64,000 bases of DNA from Chlorokybus atmophyticus (GCA_009103225.1 RHPI01003369.1:441500-505499), one strand, 5' to 3'; positions 48,413 to 62,557 are shown, counted from the stretch's first letter. A program made the numbers and translations. The notes: generated by a model not told the origin, from the sequence alone.

Positions 48413-50433
48413 ATGGCGGCGGCGGCGGCGGCGGCGAAGGAGGCCAGCGTTGACAAGCCGCAGGCCAGCCCTGAATCTGCTGAGGATGTTCATGATCAAA
48501 ATCAGGCAGGAGGTAGCCGGGGTGAGAGCCAGGGAGCCATCAACAATCAGGACGAACAGGGCGGCAGCAGCAGCACGAGCACCAGCAGCAGCGCTGCGGT
48601 CATCACTGAGCCGCAGCTGAGTGAGGAGCAGATCAAGCATTGGGCGGAGACGCAGAAAGACCACATCGCAGCAGCGGAGTAAGCAATAATATTAACATGG
48701 CTTGAAACAAATGTCGTAAACACCACTTTAACTGACAATGTTTTCAATCAGTCAGTCATTGATGGCGACAACTGATGCTGCTTAGACATCATCGTTCATG
48801 TCTACGAGAATGTATTGACGTTTGGGATTGCAATGTATCCATGCATGCCGTGACTTAAGAACGGGTTGGCATTTGCACACTGTGACTTGCATATGTAGGC
48901 GGCTCTCTGAGTGTCGTAGGGGAAGAGACTTAAAAGACAGTTTGCCTGCTTTCTGTAGCGGCAGCAAATACCAATATAGGGATGACGCACAGCAACATGT
49001 AACAAGATGGGTTTCTTCGGGCACTTTGGTAATTGGGCAAAGATGGTGACTAGTTGCAGTAACAGGTTTTTGGCAGCGGCGTTGGGGCTTCACGAGCACC
49101 GCACGCACAGCCGAAGCGCCATATGCATCGACTACTTTACTTCAGTCCTCACGTAAGCCACATGTTAGGAAATGATTGTGAAGATGCATTAACACTTCAC
49201 AGGCGCACGCACACGCAGAAGTACAGGCACACATGCACGCATGTGCCCGCACCCACGCACACGCACCCACGCATGCAAACTTGCGCAACCCCACGCACCC
49301 ACTTGCTTTGCGCAGTATCGCCGACGACTGCGCACTCTCCCCTCGTGCAACACAACAACTTCTTGCCCACTCCGCACAGCTCCTCACCATCGCAGCACGT
49401 GAGTTATGACAATTAATGTGACATACTCGTTGTTACCAAATACCACACGACCATAACCAATCACCTTTCATCAGGTGGAGGAGACTTTGCAGAAGCCCAG
49501 AAGTTGTTTGTCTCTCGCATGCTACAACACTGCAACGCTCCCGCCACTAACAAGAGCAGCGATGATACCAACAACCCAACTACTACAGCACGCATCCCTG
49601 CCTCAGACGTGAAGCGGTTATCCGACCACTTCGCTCAAACGTGAGGGAAGGGTTGATGTACTATACACTACTTGTTTTTGTTGGGTTGAGGTAAGTTAAG
49701 AGTTAAAAGTGAAAAGTTGCATGCAGGTTTTTCCAGCATTACCGGTTGTATGCTGCGGTGCTGATGCACGAGCAAGAGCACGACGCTAAGTCGGTGGAAG
49801 TGATTGTGGAGACCGCTACTTCGCAGCCTCTGCGACTAGCTCGCACGGCTGAGGAGGTGGAAAGCCACAAGGCAAGCAGTGCGTGTGTGTGCTTGCGTGC
49901 ATGTGTATGCATCTGTGCGTGGTTGCATACACTTTGTGGGTGCACGAGCGCGCGCGCGCGCGCAAGTGTGCATGGGTGTCTTGCAACCACAAGTAGGTGT
50001 GAGTGAACCTATGCGCATGCGCGTGCGCATGAGGTGAAGGATATCAAATTGGGTACGCTTGTGTGTTAATAGAGGGAAATGGAAGCTCGCAAGAGAGCCG
50101 AGGAGGCTCGGCTGGAGGAGGAGCGTGAGCAGGCGAGGAGGGAGCAGGAGCGAATAGAGCAGGAGCGCAAAGAACAAGAGGTGCAGCCTAACAGCAGCTT
50201 TGCTATTCCCAACCAACCTGTATCACCGACAACACGCCATTGAGTATGTGATCATGTTGTGTCAGGAACTCGAGCTGCGGAGAAGGAAGCCTCAGACTCT
50301 GGACGAGGCGGTGGCGGCGGCGGTGCAGCTGAAGGTGGAGGCCGTCCGCACCACCCTGGCGGAGGAGTACAGGGAGAAGGAGAGGGAGCTCAGAGAGAAG
50401 ATTGCGAAACTCGAGGGGCAACTTGTGACATAG
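48413..50433 (+). CDS. CLAMP / flagellar C1a-32 family protein (C8orf74/CFAP119-like) with coiled-coil tail; one internal exon unresolved
   Basis: Exons 48413-48678, (unresolved), 49475-49640, 49727-~49871, 50073-50180, 50266-50433. DVKRLSDHFAQTFFQHYRLYAAVLMHEQE resembles the CLAMP-domain T-x-F-x-HY-x-LY signature as I recall it. Confidence 0.55.
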
Positions 50434-51612
50434 ATGTACAGAAATGCTTGATTAAAAACAGTAAGCCTCATATGTTGCACTGTATGCGCATTGCGTGCTA
50501 GTGCAAGCAAGTGTGCATGCGTGTGTTTCTGTTTTTTCCGGAGAGGGTACAGGCAAGTGCTTGCAGAAGGGCAGGATAGGTCTCCCGCTCTATAAAACGG
50601 CTTACACATCATATATGGTCCCTATGAGAATAGCGATACCAGTAATGTGTATGCCAGCTTGGTCATGCACACCAAACCTATGATGGGTTTACTATCAAGG
50701 CATGCGCAGCAAGGTACGTAGGCTCCCTCAACATACACCTGTCGAGGTTACCTGATGACAAACAGCCTACGGCAGCTTCACAGGCAGGGGCTATGTAGTC
50801 CCGTCAAGGCGCGATTGCGTGCGTTCAGTGTGATGACCACCACCATCATACTGCCCATGTATCAGTGTTGGCCAGGGACAGCATCATTGGTTGTGGGTCA
50901 TATCATATGGCATGCGAGTGGTTGCGATGATACTGTACAAGGTGATGAGCTAGAGGGGTTAATTGTCAGCCGGTGATGGTGGTGGGGAGAGGTACAATCA
51001 ATTTGCTTTGTTAGATGCCAACGCCAAGTGGGTATGCAAAGACAAGGTACAATCTGCACCACAGCAGCAGACATTAGAGCAGGATGGCCTGGCCTAACTC
51101 GTTAACAACTGCAAGAATTTAATAGCAGCAATAGTGACACGACGCAGTGCTTGGCAGCTGGGATAGGAAACTTGGAACATGACGGAGAAAGCAACAGCAG
51201 ACCATTTGTTGGCAGCTGAAGGCATGCTTACAGCCCTATTCGATTGTGAGTAATTGGCATATCAGGTTGGCGCCGCTACTGTTTATAGAATATTAGGACT
51301 ATGTTACCAGCACATGCCTCTATGGTTGCTTGAGAGTTCATTGTGAACACCAACCATGACAAGACAGCCGGCACTCAGCACATTACCAAGATTTTTGGTT
51401 AGTGTTGTGAGTCTCATGGATGTACATTTGACAACGTGCAGCAGACCCCAACAAAATTTTAGTGCTATATAGGACTCACAATCGTAAAAGGCACACTCTC
51501 TGCACAATGTACACACAAACTGGTTGTTTGCTACATCTACACTAGAAGGGCAACTTCTTCTCAACACACCTAACCCTAAACTCAGCAACATACACCCACT
51601 ACAGCAAGTAAC

Positions 51613-52603
51613 TCAGTTCGCCTTTTTCACCAACATTTGAGCCTGAGCCGAAGCCTTTCGAGCCAACTCCATCTGGGTGAACAGCGAGCCATCGTAAACA
51701 CCGCGGATGCGCTCTTTGCTCACGAGACCACGCTCATCTTTGCAGAGGAGATAAGTGGTACCCCACTCAAAGATTGCACCAAACCTGTCAGTAGCAACAT
51801 GCTCAGGTACTAAGTACGACAGTAATGTAACTGTAAGAATCCAATCAAAAGAGCGAACAGGAAAGCAACTGCTTACCAGCCAAAGAAATCTGCCACGTTG
51901 CGGTTGCCCTTCACCATGGCCATAATCTCTGGGAAAGTCAATGCGCCTTTGTTCTGCCGGTCATACTTTGAGAATATGTCCTCAAACTTGTAGGGCACAA
52001 ACCTGCCAGCAAGTTAGCCAAAGCTGAGTATGAACAAAGTTCATGACACTTCATGAAACCTGGCTGCAAGAGTCAACATGGTCGCCTGACTGACCTTCCT
52101 TCCGTGTCATATACTTCGCTGTCGCTGCCATGCTTAGCATGATGAATGTTCTTCACCAAGATGGTGAAAGCAGGGGATGGTAGCCAAGTCTGCCAAGAAA
52201 GAAGATAAGGATGAACACCACTTCCATCATAGGCACCTTGCAACATCAATTGCACTGGACTTCAGGCTGGCCAAAGCGCAGTGCAGCAAGGAACTCTAAA
52301 AACACTCACATCCTGTGTGACCCACGAGAAGCTGCCATGGATAATCAAGACGGAGAGGCAGGAGAGAAAAACGTTGAAGCCAATTTTGCGGAAGCCGACA
52401 TAGGTGTCATACGGGAAGATGACGCCGTCACCGTCGAGATCAAAGTAGGCCACATGCTGCTGAAGGACAGTGAGCTTACTGGCGCCCTCCTTTGGGCCAG
52501 CGGCGGTAGCTGTGGCCGAAGCCTGGAGCTCAGGCAGCTTCGTCGCTGGCGGTCGCTCTGCCGTGATAGGCGCCAGGGAAGCTACACCCACCTGCTGAGC
52601 CAT
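51613..52603 (-). CDS. Caleosin / peroxygenase
   Basis: Exons 52310-52603, 52095-52189, 51877-52002, 51613-51784. [21 protein letters not shown] (His plus EF-hand), proline knot [29 protein letters not shown]. Start could lie further upstream. Confidence 0.92.
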
Positions 52604-53402
52604 CTCGCCCACACACTCGCCGCCACCGCACGACCAAGCCACCTGACAAGCTGGCTACACATAGTAAAGTGCACTTCTCGCCTTGGACTTTCCCCATCGT
52701 CGTCATCGTCAGCGGCCTCGGAATCCCAGAATCTCGCCAGGCGAACCTCCGTGGCGTCCAGCCCGCCGCCGCCGCCGCTGCCGCTGACACGTAAGCAGCG
52801 CCGTACTTACTATCCGTACAGCAGGAACCCGAACTGCACCTAAGCATACCAGCACTACTCGCAGTAAGAAAGTTGCGCGTGGTGTCCCACGTAGGCGCCA
52901 GGTCAGCCCCACGTGAGTCATGTACCTCTGACGAGGGTTCAGCCAACCAACCGCAAACCCCCTAACTGAGTGATTCGAAGGCTCAATCATCTACCTACCT
53001 GTTAGTTCACTCCAGTGAATCACTTGATGAACCAATGAAACCGCGAGGGAATCACATCATTTTCCCACTTTGTTGCTTAAGGGGTATCAACTGAAGGCGT
53101 GCTGGCCCACTGCTTGACTGCCAGCTGTCCCAGCCTCCCGCCTTGCGCTTGGCGGGGGGAGAGCACAGGCGGCGGCACGGGCGGCGAGGGAGGTGGCGGC
53201 GGGGTGAAGGTGGGTGTGTGAAGGAGGTAGTCAAACGGTCAGAGACAAGGTGAAGGTGTCGCTTGTTGGTGTGAAGCTGTGGCTTGCCGGTGCGGCTTGT
53301 TGTTGGAGAGGTAGGCGGCGGTGTGGTTGGGGAGGGGCGTGCGTGGGTAGTAGGTAGGGCAGGGCATCGGGGCTAGTGGGGTGCGTTTCTCAGTCCCCGG
53401 GC

Positions 53403-54866
53403 ATGGCGGCCGCCGTGACGGCGGTGCGGGCGCCCGGGACATGCAGCATCCGTTCGTCGAGGCGGGCAGCGAGGGCGCAGCACAGGCAACAGCAGCAGCA
53501 GCGTAAGGAGCGGCAGAACAGCAGGCGTGCGCCAGTCCGGGCCGCCCTCGCTGCTCCGCACCACCACGGCCATGTCTCCGCGCAGTTCCACCGCTCCGCC
53601 GCCGCCGCCGAGCCGGAGCAGCAGAGGGGCGGCGGCGGTGGCCAGGCTGCTTCTGCGCCGCTGGCCAACCCCCTGAAGCGCCTGGAGCAGCTTGGGCCTG
53701 GCTGGCTGGGGGCCATCTGGGAGTGGGAGGGCGTGGTCGTCGCCGCCGCCGAGGGCGCCTGGGAGAGGGCCTGGCTCGCCCTGGCCGAGGAGACAGGCCG
53801 CCCGCCCCCGCCGGCCTGGATGCTCCGCCGGGCCAGGGGCATGAAGGCCGCCCAGGCCGTCAGCGAGGTGCTGTGCTGGGCTAGGGATCCCTCCCGCGTG
53901 CGTGAGCTCGCACGCCGGCACGAGCAGCTTGTGGAGCAGCTAGGAGGCGTCGCCCTGCATGAGGTCGCCCCTGGCGTGCGCGCCTTCCTGGAAATCCTCA
54001 AGCGACACAACGTTCCCTGCGCCGCCGCCTCTGTAGGGTCTGCACGCATGCTTGAAGCTGGACTGGGCGCCACTGGCTTGCGAGATCAGTTTGATGTGGC
54101 GGTGTCTGGCGATGATGCTGCTCGCGCTAAGCCCGACCCCGAGCTGTACCTTGCAGCTGCTCGCATGCTGGAAAGGCCACCAGAAAGGTGAGCTGGAGTT
54201 CTGTTCTCTCTGTGTTTGTGGCCCCATTGTTTGGTGCAGACTTTCTGCAGAGTCTGCCCAGGCACAGAATGAGTTCAGTGTGTATGCGCAGTAGAATGCA
54301 GCACTCTGTCAACTTGGCAGTGTGTAAGCATGGCAAGTGTAGTGTCATCTTTTCAAAAATCAACCAGTCAGCTGCATTTTTTGGGCAAGAGCATGACATG
54401 GCACTTTGTATCTTGTTTAGCAAGCTGTCCTTGTGGAACGTTGTTGGTGAGTGCACAGTTTGCCCACAGTTCATTATAGCCAAGCTGTGCACTCATCAAC
54501 AACATAAACACAAAGAAACAGTCATTGCATGCAGCCGTGATATTGTGGTGTGTTTGTCTGTAGTGGCTTACTGACGTTGCATGTTGTTGGTGCAGATGCA
54601 TAGTGTTAGGAAATGGTAATACGGCAGTGGAGGCCGCACATGAGTGCGGTATGAAGTGCGTGGCAGTGGCCAACAGCCATCCCATTTACGAGTTGACGGC
54701 AGCAGACTTGGTAGTGCGCGACCTCAGAGAGCTCTCTGTTGTGAATTTCAGGAATTTGATAGCTGCATCAGAGACTCTAGAACCCGAACCAGAGCTTGAG
54801 CCTGAACCGCAGCAATACGAGTCGCCTGCTGCATTGACAGCATTTGAGCGCCCAGGGCCATATTGA
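53403..54866 (+). CDS. Plastid HAD-like phosphatase, Arabidopsis At4g11570/PyrP2-like (riboflavin pathway ARPP phosphatase family)
   Basis: Exons 53403-54187 and 54596-54866. Ala/Arg/Ser-rich transit peptide, NPLKRLEQLGPGWLGAIWEWEGV, EVLCWARDP, KPDPELY, RCIVLGNGNTAVEAAHECGMKCV. Confidence 0.82.
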
Positions 54867-57800
54867 GGGTTGGTGCAATAGAGCCTCTTAGTCATTGTCT
54901 GTTTCTAGACAAAGTGTACAGATTTGTTATGCGCAGTCCCAGTGACACAACATGAGGCCTGCGCAGTTGCGTGTAAATCTTGCTGATTGTACAAGATTGG
55001 CTTTTTTCCATTGGTGGCGGAAGGCACTGCAGTTGTGCGTTGGTTGTGGTGTTGGTGGGCCCTGAGTCTAGGCTTGACGGAAGCAAAGGAGGACGGAGCC
55101 GGCTTGTGTGCTGCCCCTGTGGTGGTGGCCCCGAGGCCTGTTGCACGTGGTGGGCATACTTGCAGCAGACATGCCATGCTCAGTGTATAGGGTTGTGTGT
55201 GTGAGATGCAGGCAATATATGCGGAGCAAGGTTGCATTAATGTTGAGAAATATACCATTGCATGGCTTAGAAAATGTAAGAGGCAATGGGATGCTCGCAA
55301 ACATATGCATGTCAGATGCATGAGCATTTGGACCTCGTATTTTTTATACAGTATTCATATGCACAGGTCTAGGATGGGTTAAGTAATGCACATCCATGCC
55401 CAAGTTGAAGAGGCAATAAGCCCGGTGATGCCCTGTTGATTCAGTTGTGCCATGTGCCGTGCATTTGTTAAACTGGTGTCATGTAGCTACTAGCATAACA
55501 TATGTGCTATGTGTTGCATGCGTTGCTTGTAGCCAGTTATACCTACGGCGTTCTTTTATACACACACGTGGTAAGGTATAAAGAGGCACAGATGAAAGGT
55601 AGACGAATATGCACAATTGGAGGTAGATAATATCAATGTCCTCAGAAGCTTATAATGTACTATGCGCGCTACGCACATAATATATCATAAGCTTGTGGAG
55701 TGAGGCATTGATGCCACCGTGTTAACTATAGCGTGTTTAAATGCACTTATTTATGATGGGGCCCAATTGAAAAATAATAATAAGCTCTTTCATACAGCGC
55801 TGCGCATGTAGGCCTACCGTACCCTTTGGCGGCATGTGGTGCACTAATATCAGCGAAGCTGCGCACCTGCTGGGAGTGTGTTGTAACGATACCACTCACT
55901 TACCTGCTAGTGAGCCTCACCAACTTATGCACAACACACTCTGGTGCAGCAATTTGCGGATGGGAGACACATCACCAGTGTCCGGTAGGAGAGGATGACC
56001 GCCAGCCCTCTAACAGCTCCCACACACACACAACTGCAGTCAGCAACCAATGCCACACAAACACACACCCCACTAGGGATAAGGGGGATAAGGGAGAGTG
56101 TAACAATTGGGGCCTGACCACTAGGCTATGGTAGTAAAAGACACTACCATGATTGAGGTCTGTCACAATTTATCCCAATTCGTGACAGAGAGCCCCTTCA
56201 GAAGCTACAAGCAGGCACCCCACACAAGTGGCCCTTTAATGGTAAACACACTTTGGTCTCTACTCAAGGTAGCTACAAAGCTTTTATACCACTTTCTGCT
56301 CTTCAGACTTGGCACACAGCATTTTCAAAGTCCAAGGCCTTGTCACTGTGTGCTGACCTAGCAGCACATGCTGATTGTGTTCAACACATGACCTGTCCCA
56401 TTACAGGACATCAACCTCAGGATTTTCAGCCTCGAGATTGTAAAAAATAGGACCTCGAATTTGCGAACTGCAACAACCCGTCCTGTAGTTGTCCATAACA
56501 CATTATACAGGCAAACCGCATGGCTGATTTGCAATTTGCCACTTGCAGCACCTATGCTGTCCCAGTGGCACAGTACTAGCACTCCACAAGTCATGCAGAG
56601 CATATGGCACCGAGCAGCCATGTGCGTGCTGATATACAATGCCTTGTGCAGCTAGATAGCCCAAGCTACTAAGTAGACAACGACTGACCGCATAAGCACA
56701 CATGCAATTGCTATACACTTGGTCCCTCTTACTTGCCACATAAGTAAGGGACTGAAGTGACTTTCGCCAGCCCTTGGGGCTTGACATTTCTCCCGACTTG
56801 CATTGCAACTTCCATGTTGCAAAGAATGGGACTTGTGTCCCGCAATAATTGTCAGCTAGGGTGGCCAGCCCTACTAAATTACCGCACACTACGCGTAGCA
56901 TAAAATGCAAGTCGCGGGAGCGATAACCAACTCTGATACTAGGTACCAATGCGCGTTGTTGTTGGCATGTCACATAGGTAGAGAAATTTGCACATGAATG
57001 TGTTGCAACCAAGCACACGCTCTCAAGTGGCATATGTGAATTTGATAACTCTCTCCAACTCGCCCAACTTAACAACACAGTTTGTCGGGTTGCAGATTGG
57101 CTTCCGGGTGTTATGCTTTTTGCCATAACCAAGCCACTTGACAAGATATTCGGTAAAAAGCTTTCTTGTACTTCAGAAACCGCTTGCCAACCACGGCCTC
57201 GAACTTGCATTCAAGGTCACCCTTTACCTCAACTAGAGGTGGAGGCGGCTACACTGGGCCATCACTCGTGTATGGCTTAAACAGTGCTTCATGAAACACG
57301 TTGTGTACGATGTAACAGCTTGAACCTTTTTCCATGATTTACTACATGTATAATATGTGTTTTGCCTTTTTTCTGGCTTTATTAAGGCTTTATGAAGGGC
57401 TTTTACAAGCTGTACGGGCGGTGCTCTGCTGCCGCACGACTTCGCCTGCGACCAGCCCGGCAGCTGCCTGCCTGCGACGTGACCTACAGAGGCAGCGGTC
57501 ACGCAGCTGACTAGACTGCACGGTACCTACCTTGTGACGCGGACTGCCCAGTCAGCTGCCGCGTGAAATGTACTCCGACGCGCGGGGTAGCAATCTGCAC
57601 TTATACAGGTCGTATAGATTTGGTAAATCATAAACAAAACGCCTGGTTATTAGGCTGCTTGGTTGCTGTGCTTGTACAATTAGAAACCCTACAATTAGAA
57701 ACCCTCTAAGTATAACCAACTCTTGCTTTCTGCTCTCTGCTGTGAGTATGCTGATGTATGCTTGAGAGAGGCGTGATCCAAGGCACACTGCTGCGTTCTT

Positions 57801-57949
57801 GCTTGGCGTGGGAAGTAGTAGTGTTCGTGTGCGTGTGCGTGCTCGACGCGTGCGTGCGTGCGTGCGCGGGAGAAGGCAAGGTTCCGGTGTGAAGACTGTG
57901 CTCAGCTGCACACATGTGTTGTATGACTTGTGTGTTGTGTATGTGAGCA

Positions 57950-58500
57950 CGAGCATCGTCACATACACGCATGCTCTTTGGCAACTCAGACCGAAAGGCG
58001 CGCTCGCCAACAGCGGCGGAGATAGTAAACGGCCCCAGCCACCTGGGTAGCAACTTGCGCACGCCGCTTGTCTTGAGTCTGATGTTCTTGAAACTCAGCA
58101 AGACTATCTTCCTGACCTCGAGAGAAATTCGGGTCCCGGTCTGTCGGTTGGCATACATCTTTTGCCGATCTTGGGCTGCTCTCATGCATTCCTTAGCACC
58201 CGCTAATGCTTCGTGCAGTTGCTCAGTAAAGTCTAGCCGTCGGCACTTTGCTGAACGGATGAACTTTTCGAGATATGGGAGTCAACGGGTGACGGCCATG
58301 GTTCAAAAAGAACGGAGTGCTGCGCAGGACTCTTGCCAAGCAACTTGAATATTGAATTCACAGCAAGTTCTACTAATGCTAGGTGCACATCTCAGTCATC
58401 AAATCGGGGTGAAGTGTAGTGACGCAATACGATCTTCAGCACCTGGGTGGCGCCTTCCGTCTGTCCATCACTTTAAGGGTGAGAAGCAGTGCTCAAGCTC
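57950..58500 (-). mobile_element. Degenerate gypsy/chromovirus integrase C-terminal fragment
   Basis: AKECMRAAQDRQKMYAN...KLLPRWLGPF (GPY/F module). Confidence 0.7.
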
Positions 58501-60046
58501 TGCGTACTTCAGAACACTACGCAAAACAGAATATCCGTCGCGCACCTAACATGCATCAACAGGGGTCTACGATGGTCTGGTAGCTATGTCGGGCCTGGCA
58601 GGGTCGTGTGCCCCTCCAGGTCGATCCCAACCGTATTGCCCTGATGGGGAATGAGGCCAGCCTTGTGGACTATAGGTTGTGTAGCTGCACAATACGGAAG
58701 GCAAAGAATACCCCCCTGCCTGTACCTACTTGTGGGGAAAACGCATGTGATGCTGTTGACACGATGTAGTGCTGTGTGCTCTGAGTGATGAAATGCGTTG
58801 CTAATAATGCTAACACGAGCAAGTCAACAAGCCACCCCCCCTTGGTCAACTAGGGAAGTCTGTGCTTCAGTGAGCAGTCTTCATCGAGAATGCGGAGGAC
58901 CACGGATGCGGCAGTCCTCACACCACTATGCCTCCGTAGGCACAGTATCTTTGGACGAGTTGAGGCAGTAGACATAGTCGCCCGCCTCGAAGCGGCGACT
59001 GCGCTGTTTGTAAAACCCATGGCCATGGGAATGACGTGCGCGAACAGGTAGGCGCGCTATTGCATGTCGTGCAGCATAGCCACAGAGGTTGTCCAGCACG
59101 CGTTCCACTTCCCTTTGTGCGCGGAAGGGGAGTAAGGGTTCCCTGCCAAATTGCAGCTGATACGGGCTGTACATGCACAGGCTGCTTAGAAAGCCGATAG
59201 CCCAATGCTATCCAGGGAAGGTAGTCATCCCAGGTGCGCTTCTTGTGGTCGATGACGTACTTGCGCAAGGCCTTTTTAATGGTTTAAACAGTATGCTCCG
59301 CCAGCCCATCCGCCTGCGGATGGTCGCGTGAGGTACGCCGGTGGTCGTTGTAACAGCAATCCAGCAAGGTGTTAAACTCGCCGCGGAACTCCGCTCCTTA
59401 ATCCATGATGACTTCAGCGCATGAGCCGAAGCGACTAAGCACATGGTCGAGGAAAGCCTGAGCGGTTCCTCTGCTGCTTTTGTCGGAAAGGGGGACCATT
59501 CCAACCCACTTGGAAAAGGTCGATCATGACGAGGATGTACTTGTTGCCACGAGCTGAGGGTGCTGAATCTCCAAGGATGTCCAGTCCCCACCGGTAGAAC
59601 ATGCCAGCGATAGGCAGCGGGTGCAGCGTGCTGGTGCGGGTGTTGAGGCTGGCACGCATCAGGTCGCAATGCGCGCAACAAAAGTGCAAACCTGGGCGTG
59701 CATGCCATGCCACCAGTACTGGGCACTCACCAAGCTGACGGCGCTTGACACCGAAGTGTTCCAACTCTGTATGGAGTGCAGAGATGATGCCCTCGCGCCG
59801 GTGCAGCGCCGGAACCTCTTTGTGTCATGGATGTGAACACGGCGGAAGACGAGTCCGTCCTGCCATTGGTAATTCTTGCAGAGTTGCCTTACGCGGTCAC
59901 GCTCGCGCGCGCTCAGTCCTGCCACCTGTTGTCCATGTTGTGGGTAGGCCACGGTGCTTCTTGTCCAACCAGATGTCTTGACATGGATCTGCAGCTGGTA
60001 GTTGGGCACCATCTGGTGTGGTTCGCTCAGATGGGTCGGCGTCGAC

Positions 60047-62557
60047 TGTTGACAGACACACGTGCAAGTGACACGCCAACAACATCAACACAAGAGCATG
60101 ATTGCTACTGCCATTAATGCCATACAAGTCCAGGGGTTTTATACCCCGCCAGTTTTTACACACGTCTACGTTTGCAAGCACCGCGTGTACAATACTCAGC
60201 GTGTCAACGCGCTCTAAGTTACGCTGTTTAGCTCACAATCAGAGCGTTCCAACAAGCTAAGCCACGTTTGCTAAGCTTACGTATCCACAAAGCTACGCGG
60301 TTTCTCCCAACGCTCTACTCTGCATCTGGTCCGGAATCCGTCCTGGCTCGACCGTCTTGCTAAGTCCGGAGTCCACGTGCTCAGCCCATACCTTCGACTT
60401 CTGTGTGGAGGGCAAGCTGACCGGATGCAATCATCACCCATGTGATACCTTCAACACTCCCACGCGGGCAGCCTGGTCTTCAACACCTCCAACATATTCG
60501 CAATCCTTGCTTCTCTTCTTCTTCCGAACAATGGCACAGAAGCTCTTTACCTCCTCTTGCTCCAGGTCCTCCACGCTTCCCACCAAAGCTTGAAGCTTAT
60601 TTGTAGAGAACACCTTGTCCTTCACAGCAACTCGAGCCCCTTGGTTGGCCTTCAACTTCTTGCCCTTATCTCTGTGCTGCTCTTGATGCACATGCTCCTT
60701 GCTAACCTTCACTTGCTGCACCTTGCTCGCCAGCGCTTCCTTGTAGCTCCTTGCAGCTCCCACGGGCTCTGTGCTCCTTGTGACAGCAACCTTCTGTGCC
60801 TCCTCTTTGTTGCCATGACCTTGTGGTGTCTTTAACGCTGTCTTCTCGACCACCCTTGTCCCTGCAACAACCTTGTGCGCACCGTCCTCCTCCACATAGT
60901 AGAGTCCACCCCTGTTGATGCCTACTACATGCGTGACACCGCCAAGCTCTGTACGAGCCTTATCCGCATTAAATACAGCCCTTGCACTAACTATCGTGGC
61001 TCTACATGAGAACAAACTAGCACATGCACCTGGCACATACAGGACATCCCTAAGCACAACCTCTTTCACCATACAACCAACCTTGCACCTCAGATTGGCA
61101 TCTCCCGTTGCAACAGCTTCCAGCATCAGCCGGTTCCCAAAATCCACCGTAACTGGCTCAAATATAGGAGTGGGGTTGGCGAGCTTGCTCCTATCGCTTG
61201 TGAGATGCATGTTTGCTCCCGTGTCCAGCACCCACCCAAGATACTCCGCTCCCTCATCCAATGCATGGAAAGCAACCGCTCGATGCTGACCATCAGCCTT
61301 CTTCAACTTGGGACACTTTATCTTGATGTGACCGCGCTCCCTGCAGTGCCAACGCTCCACGTTGATACCTCGAACGCCCTTCCTCACATGATGCTTCGAT
61401 GATGACGTGAATGCCATAGCACCTCCAGGTGCTCCCTCTCCATCATCGTCCTCCTTCCTCAAGCGCTGCTCTTCTTGAAGAAGCATTGGTGTCACCCCAT
61501 CCATTGACAAGTCCTCCTTCCCAGACTCCAATATAGTGACAACAACCCTGTGCTCTTTGAGCAAACCTGAGAGCACAGCCCACACCACCTCAACTTCCTT
61601 GAGCTCGTGGCCAACACCCAGCAAGTCCCTCCACAACGCCTTCGCTCGCGCCATGACTTGACATTGGGCTCCCCGCTCTCCTTGCGCAATGAGTTGAGCT
61701 CCTGCCTGAGCTGCAGTCTCCTCGACATGTTGCGCGACTTGAAGTGGCTATCCAACTTCGTCCAAAGATCCTGTGCACTCTTGCACTCCTTCACCAGCAC
61801 CAAGTGATGATCAGCCATGTGCAAGGCTATCAAAGATAAAGCTTTTCTCCCTTGTGTTGCCCAGACACTCGCTTCGCCTACAGGGACTGCCTCCGCTGGA
61901 TCCACATACTTTCACAGCTCCTTGTGGGCCAGTAGTAGCTCCATCTTCACGCTCCATATGTTGTAGTTGTCAACGTCCAGTGGTTCAATTGGGAACTTCA
62001 AGCCGTCCATGCTTGTGGCCTTGGTTGCCCCTCTGCTACTTGCAGACCTTACAACCTACTCCACACCAAGCAACTACAGCTACTCACACAATCGTAACAC
62101 ACTCCATCAACCTACACAAGCATGTGTGGGCCCATAACCTGTTGACATACACACGTGCAAGTGACACGCCAACAACATCAACACAAGAGCATGACTGCTA
62201 CTGCCATTAATGCCATACAAGTCCAGGGGCTTTATACCCCGCCAGTTTCTACACACATCTACATTTGCAAGCACCGCGTGCACAATACTTGGTCTTTCAG
62301 CGCGCTCTAAGTTGCGCTTTTTAGCTCACAATCAGAGCTTTTCAACAAGCTAAGCCACGCCTGCTACGCTTACGTATCCACAAAGCTACGCGGTTTCTCC
62401 CAACGCTCTACTCAGCATCTGGTCCGGAGTCCGTCCTGGCTCGACCGTCTTGCTAAGTCCGGAGTCCACGTGCTCAGCCCTTACCTTTTTACTCTCGACT
62501 CCTGTGTGGAGGGCAAGCTGACCGGATACAAGTATCACCCGTGTGATACCTTCAACA
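60047..62557 (-). mobile_element. Non-autonomous copia derivative (Gag-PR only) nested in the second gypsy
   Basis: LTRs 60047-60456 and 62140-62557 (~90% similar by eye), TSD TCGAC, PBS GGTTATGGGCCCA, same PPT as the 23.5-kb copia. Gag plus WVLDTGA, but no INT, RT or RH. Confidence 0.9.

Noticed and set aside
55880-56190. TGTAAC...GTGACA segment as a solo LTR
   Set aside because: No matching TSD found.
58550-58580. CATCAACA...CTACGAT resembling the B2-A2 junction next to the sister element
   Set aside because: The match is too short and gapped to support a remnant A repeat.
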